Shown here: positions 60,716 to 64,000 of the stretch, piece by piece
How the letters are laid out: the number at the start of each line of letters is the position of its first letter
Numbering within the stretch: position 1 is the first letter of the stretch
Source: Gemmatimonadota bacterium
GTDB lineage: Bacteria > Gemmatimonadota > Gemmatimonadetes > Gemmatimonadales > GWC2-71-9
DNA: 64,000 bases
Direction of reading: 5' to 3'
NCBI GenBank assembly: GCA_036679605.1
Contig: JAZDCZ010000365.1
Coordinates: forward strand, 1-64,000
The notes under the pieces: generated by a model
Told to the model about the DNA's origin: nothing
Database searches by the model: none
The model's input: only the letters and a program-made list of their open reading frames with translations
Program-made: the position numbers and the translations under genes

Positions 60716-62575
60716 TTGCGGTCGGTGCTTAGGAACATCGCGATTATCGCACATGTGGATCATGGAAAGACTACGCTAGTCGACAAGATGTTGCGTCAGG
60801 CCGGCGTGTTCCGGTCTAACCAACAGGTAACGGAACGCGTTATGGACTCAAATCCGCTCGAGCGTGAACGTGGCATAACGATTCTGTCGAAGAACACTGC
60901 TGTTCGGTGGAACGACGTGAAGATCAACGTAGTAGATACGCCGGGGCACGCCGATTTCGGTGGAGAGGTCGAGCGGATCCTGCGGATGGTAGACGGAGTG
61001 CTCTTGTTGGTCGATGCGGCCGAAGGTCCGATGCCGCAAACTCGATTTGTGATGCGCAAGGCGTTGGCGTTGAACTTGAAGCCGGTCATAGTCATAAACA
61101 AGGTTGACCGCCCCGACGCCCGTTCTGCAGAGGTTCACGACGAGGTATTGGAGCTGCTGTTAGATCTCGAAGCTAGTGACGAGCAGTTGGATGCGCCTTT
61201 CCTTTACGCCTCTGCGAAATACGGATGGGCGGCTAGGGATTTGCCGGAGGACTGGGATCCAGAGAATCACGACCTCACGCCTCTTTTCGAGACGATTGTG
61301 GAGGCGGTACCTGCGCCTCGAGCATACGCTGGACCCTTCCAGATGCTAGTCTCTACGTTGGACCATTCGCCGTATACGGGCCGCGTGGCCATCGGCCGGA
61401 TCGAGCGGGGCAGTGTGACGGCCGGACAGCAGGTCGCGTTGTTGTCGCTGGGCGATCCAGGGTTTGTTGCGCAGGATGAAGCGGTGCATGGGCGCGTACT
61501 CAAGTTGTATGGCTTCGAGGGTCTGGATCGAGTCGAGCTGGATACCGCCGCCGCCGGTGATATCATCGCGCTGACCGGGTTGGACGGAATAGAGATCGGC
61601 AAGACGGTGGCCGATGTCGATTGTCTCGAGCGGCTTGCAGGCATCGCGGTAGAAGAGCCCACGATCTCCGTCGAATTCATGGTGAACGATTCTCCTTTCG
61701 CCGGCAAGAGCGGGAAGTACGTCACGTCGCGCCAGATACGGGACCGACTTTACCGTGAATTAGAACGCAACGTGGCGCTTCAGGTAGACGACACTGAGAA
61801 GCCGGAAGTGTTTTCGGTCGCGGGACGGGGGGAGTTACATCTCGGAATTCTCATTGAGACGATGCGGCGCGAGGGGTACGAGTTTCAGGTGAGCCGACCG
61901 AGGGTAATCATGCGGCAGGATGCCGACGGCAAGGCGACCGAGCCATATGAAGAACTCGTGGTAGATGTGCCGGAGGACATGGTCGGCGTCGTGATCGAAA
62001 AAATGGGTTCGCGCCGAGGTGACATGATCGATATGAGGAACCCGGGGCGGGGCAGCGTGAGGATGCGGTTTCGCATCCCTTCGCGTTGTCTATTCGGATT
62101 TCGCTCGGAGTTCTTGACTGATACCAGGGGTGAGGGAACATTGCACCACCGGTTTCTGGAGTACAGTCCCTGGGCGGGCCCGCTGGATGGCCGGTCGCGC
62201 GGTGTACTGGTTGCGGATCGTCAGGGCCAGGCGGTAGGTTATGGAATATTCGGGCTACAGGAGCGTAGTACGTTGTTCGTGGCGCCGGGCGACCCCGTGT
62301 ATGAGGGGATGATCGTGGGAGAGAACGCCCGGGAGAGTGACATGGATGTCAACGTCTGTAAGGAGAAGAAGCTGACGAACATGCGTGCCTCCGGTTCCGA
62401 TGACAACATTCTATTGGTTCCTCCTCGACGAATGACGCTCGAGATGTCGCTGGAGTACATCGCGGACGATGAGTTGATCGAGGTCACGCCGGATGCGATC
62501 CGGCTTCGAAAGCGCGCGCTCAGTGTGAACGCGAGGAAGAAGGCTGTCCGCCAGGCACGTGCGGCGGCTAGGTAG
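60716..62575 (+). CDS. typA: Translational GTPase TypA/BipA
   Basis: AHVDHGKTTLVD, DTPGHADFGGEVER, GRGELHL, KKLTNMRASG. Confidence 0.97.
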   Translation: MRSVLRNIAIIAHVDHGKTTLVDKMLRQAGVFRSNQQVTERVMDSNPLERERGITILSKNTAVRWNDVKINVVDTPGHADFGGEVERILRMVDGVLLLVDAAEGPMPQTRFVMRKALALNLKPVIVINKVDRPDARSAEVHDEVLELLLDLEASDEQLDAPFLYASAKYGWAARDLPEDWDPENHDLTPLFETIVEAVPAPRAYAGPFQMLVSTLDHSPYTGRVAIGRIERGSVTAGQQVALLSLGDPGFVAQDEAVHGRVLKLYGFEGLDRVELDTAAAGDIIALTGLDGIEIGKTVADVDCLERLAGIAVEEPTISVEFMVNDSPFAGKSGKYVTSRQIRDRLYRELERNVALQVDDTEKPEVFSVAGRGELHLGILIETMRREGYEFQVSRPRVIMRQDADGKATEPYEELVVDVPEDMVGVVIEKMGSRRGDMIDMRNPGRGSVRMRFRIPSRCLFGFRSEFLTDTRGEGTLHHRFLEYSPWAGPLDGRSRGVLVADRQGQAVGYGIFGLQERSTLFVAPGDPVYEGMIVGENARESDMDVNVCKEKKLTNMRASGSDDNILLVPPRRMTLEMSLEYIADDELIEVTPDAIRLRKRALSVNARKKAVRQARAAAR

Positions 62576-62614
62576 AAAGGTGCATGACCCTTAGCGCGAG
62601 GAAATGAAGGAGTC

Positions 62615-62811
62615 ATGTTGTCCCGACAGACGTCGACTTGGCCGGTCCTGGGCCTCACTGACGACGATGACGATGAGGAATGAACGACGAGCGTGATTTC
62701 GAAGAAGACGAGGTACTGGGTGACGACGACGGTGATGACGATGATGAATGGGAGGAGGACGAAGATGAGTTGGAGCCGCACCGCAGGAAGCGGCCTGCCG
62801 AGTGGGAGTAG
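62615..62811 (+). CDS. Highly acidic small protein(s): 62615-62683 and 62680-62811, overlapping by ATGA
   Basis: AAGGAG RBS; MLSRQTSTWPVLGLTDDDDDEE* then MNDERDFEEDEVLGDDDGDDDDEWEEDEDELEPHRRKRPAEWE*. Confidence 0.55.
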
Positions 62812-62874
62812 AAAAGGCGCGGCGGCCGGGGTTGGCCCGTCTGGCTACCGCGTCTAGATTTGTGTGTCCAAACC

Positions 62875-62948
<74 letters not shown>

Positions 62949-63393
62949 TTGCCGTTGCCGCAGACAACGCAGATGGCACTGATCTACGCAGATGTAGCCC
63001 GCCGTGGTCCGAGAGACCGCGGTGGGTTTTTGCGTGAACGGCCTCCGTCTATCCGCGGTGGTCAGTGTAATGAGTGGCCGGGTTGTTGTCATGGAGGACG
63101 GGACAGACATCCCGTTACACATCGAGCGCTAACCCGCTACTCAGAGGGATTCATAAGTGAGACTGCAATTGGTATTACCGATTCGGCTGGGACGACCGTA
63201 TGTTTCAACGCCTTGAGATTGTTGAGATTATCGGGGATTACCCTTGCATGATATTCCGATACGCGGCCTGGGGAGAGCAGACCATGAGCACTCCGGATAC
63301 AATCCTTATCGTTAGACGCCGCTTCAGAAACCGATATTCTGCGATGATCTTCAGATGCAAGAGCACCGAGCACGTTCTGATTACGTCCCTTCT

Positions 63394-64000
63394 ATGACGA
63401 TGCCTCGGCTGCTGCGATCGGCCAGGGCTGCGGCCCTGGTCGTCACGACGATTTCCGGCTGCGCAGATGCTCGTCGCGCACCGAGCACTGCCGAGTCTGT
63501 AACCCTCGTCCCCATGGATACGCTGGTTGCCACCGCCTCCGAGCTACTCGGCGGCGTGTACGACTTGGCGGTATCGCCGGACGGGGATGTTTATGTCGCG
63601 GACTATGGCTACAAGCACGTGCTGGTGGTCGGCCCCGACGGTGCGGTCCGCCGGACGATTGGCAAGCAAGGGTCGGGTCCTGGCGAGTTCGAAATGCCCT
63701 ACGTCGTCTACGCCGGCGCGGATTCGGTCCGGGTGTTCGACGCCGCGAGCAATCGGGTGCAGGTGTTCGACCGCGCCGGTGGGCTGGTTCGGAGCTATCG
63801 GCTGGACGCACCCGGCCTCGGAGGCGGTCGTGACTTCCGGGACGACGGTTCGCTCGCCGCCACGATTGGTGGCTTCGACAATGCGATGATCCTGGTGCTC
63901 GACGCGGCTGGCACCCGCGTCGGCAACTTCGGCGAACCAATCATTCCACCGGTGACCTTCTACGACTTCACTGCGCTCAAGTCCGAGATACGGGACGGCC
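63394..64000 (+). CDS. NHL/6-bladed beta-propeller lipoprotein (runs off the window end)
   Basis: Hand translation: lipobox ISGC; DLAVSPDGDVYVAD, TIGKQGSGPGEF, NRVQVFD. Not in the ORF track. Confidence 0.85.
   Translation, partial: MTMPRLLRSARAAALVVTTISGCADARRAPSTAESVTLVPMDTLVATASELLGGVYDLAVSPDGDVYVADYGYKHVLVVGPDGAVRRTIGKQGSGPGEFEMPYVVYAGADSVRVFDAASNRVQVFDRAGGLVRSYRLDAPGLGGGRDFRDDGSLAATIGGFDNAMILVLDAAGTRVGNFGEPIIPPVTFYDFTALKSEIRDG

Noticed and set aside
62239..62781. 180-aa minus ORF with hydrophobic start
   Set aside because: Antisense of typA and of the Asp/Glu codon run.

Overview
Bacterial chromosome segment of roughly 60% GC by eye. The kinase family and gene order suggest Gemmatimonadota (inference). 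1-17.9 kb is an accessory region: the end of an IS3-family element, four full-length Hanks-type Ser/Thr kinases, and cargo genes (serine hydrolase, SpdH-like oxidoreductase, HspQ, cupredoxin-like membrane protein). This region is punctuated by five copies (one only an 18-bp remnant) of a ~70-115 bp repeat. The repeat reads like an integrase attachment arm: tandem GGAGGTC boxes, an IHF-consensus site, then a tRNA-Asn(GTT) anticodon-arm/T-arm fragment. Four of the five copies sit directly upstream of a leftward kinase start. Two of these starts are full kinases with different C-terminal sensor regions. Two are 28-36 aa kinase stubs cut at the Gly-rich loop and followed by unrelated cargo genes. 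This is a candidate tRNA-att-delimited, integrase-less kinase/cargo cassette array and is the main finding. 17.9-62.9 kb is mostly housekeeping: uvrA, FHA protein plus PP2C phosphatase, pckA, rpiB, a metal-uptake operon with a CxxC/RGPP leader ORF and no ATPase, alkaline phosphatase, nfo, pcm, ftsEX-envC, lepA, mfd with three PPIases and pdxA, a CDF transporter, and typA. The window ends with a stand-alone tRNA-Ile and a possible second island boundary. All calls come from motif recognition by eye; no searches were run.
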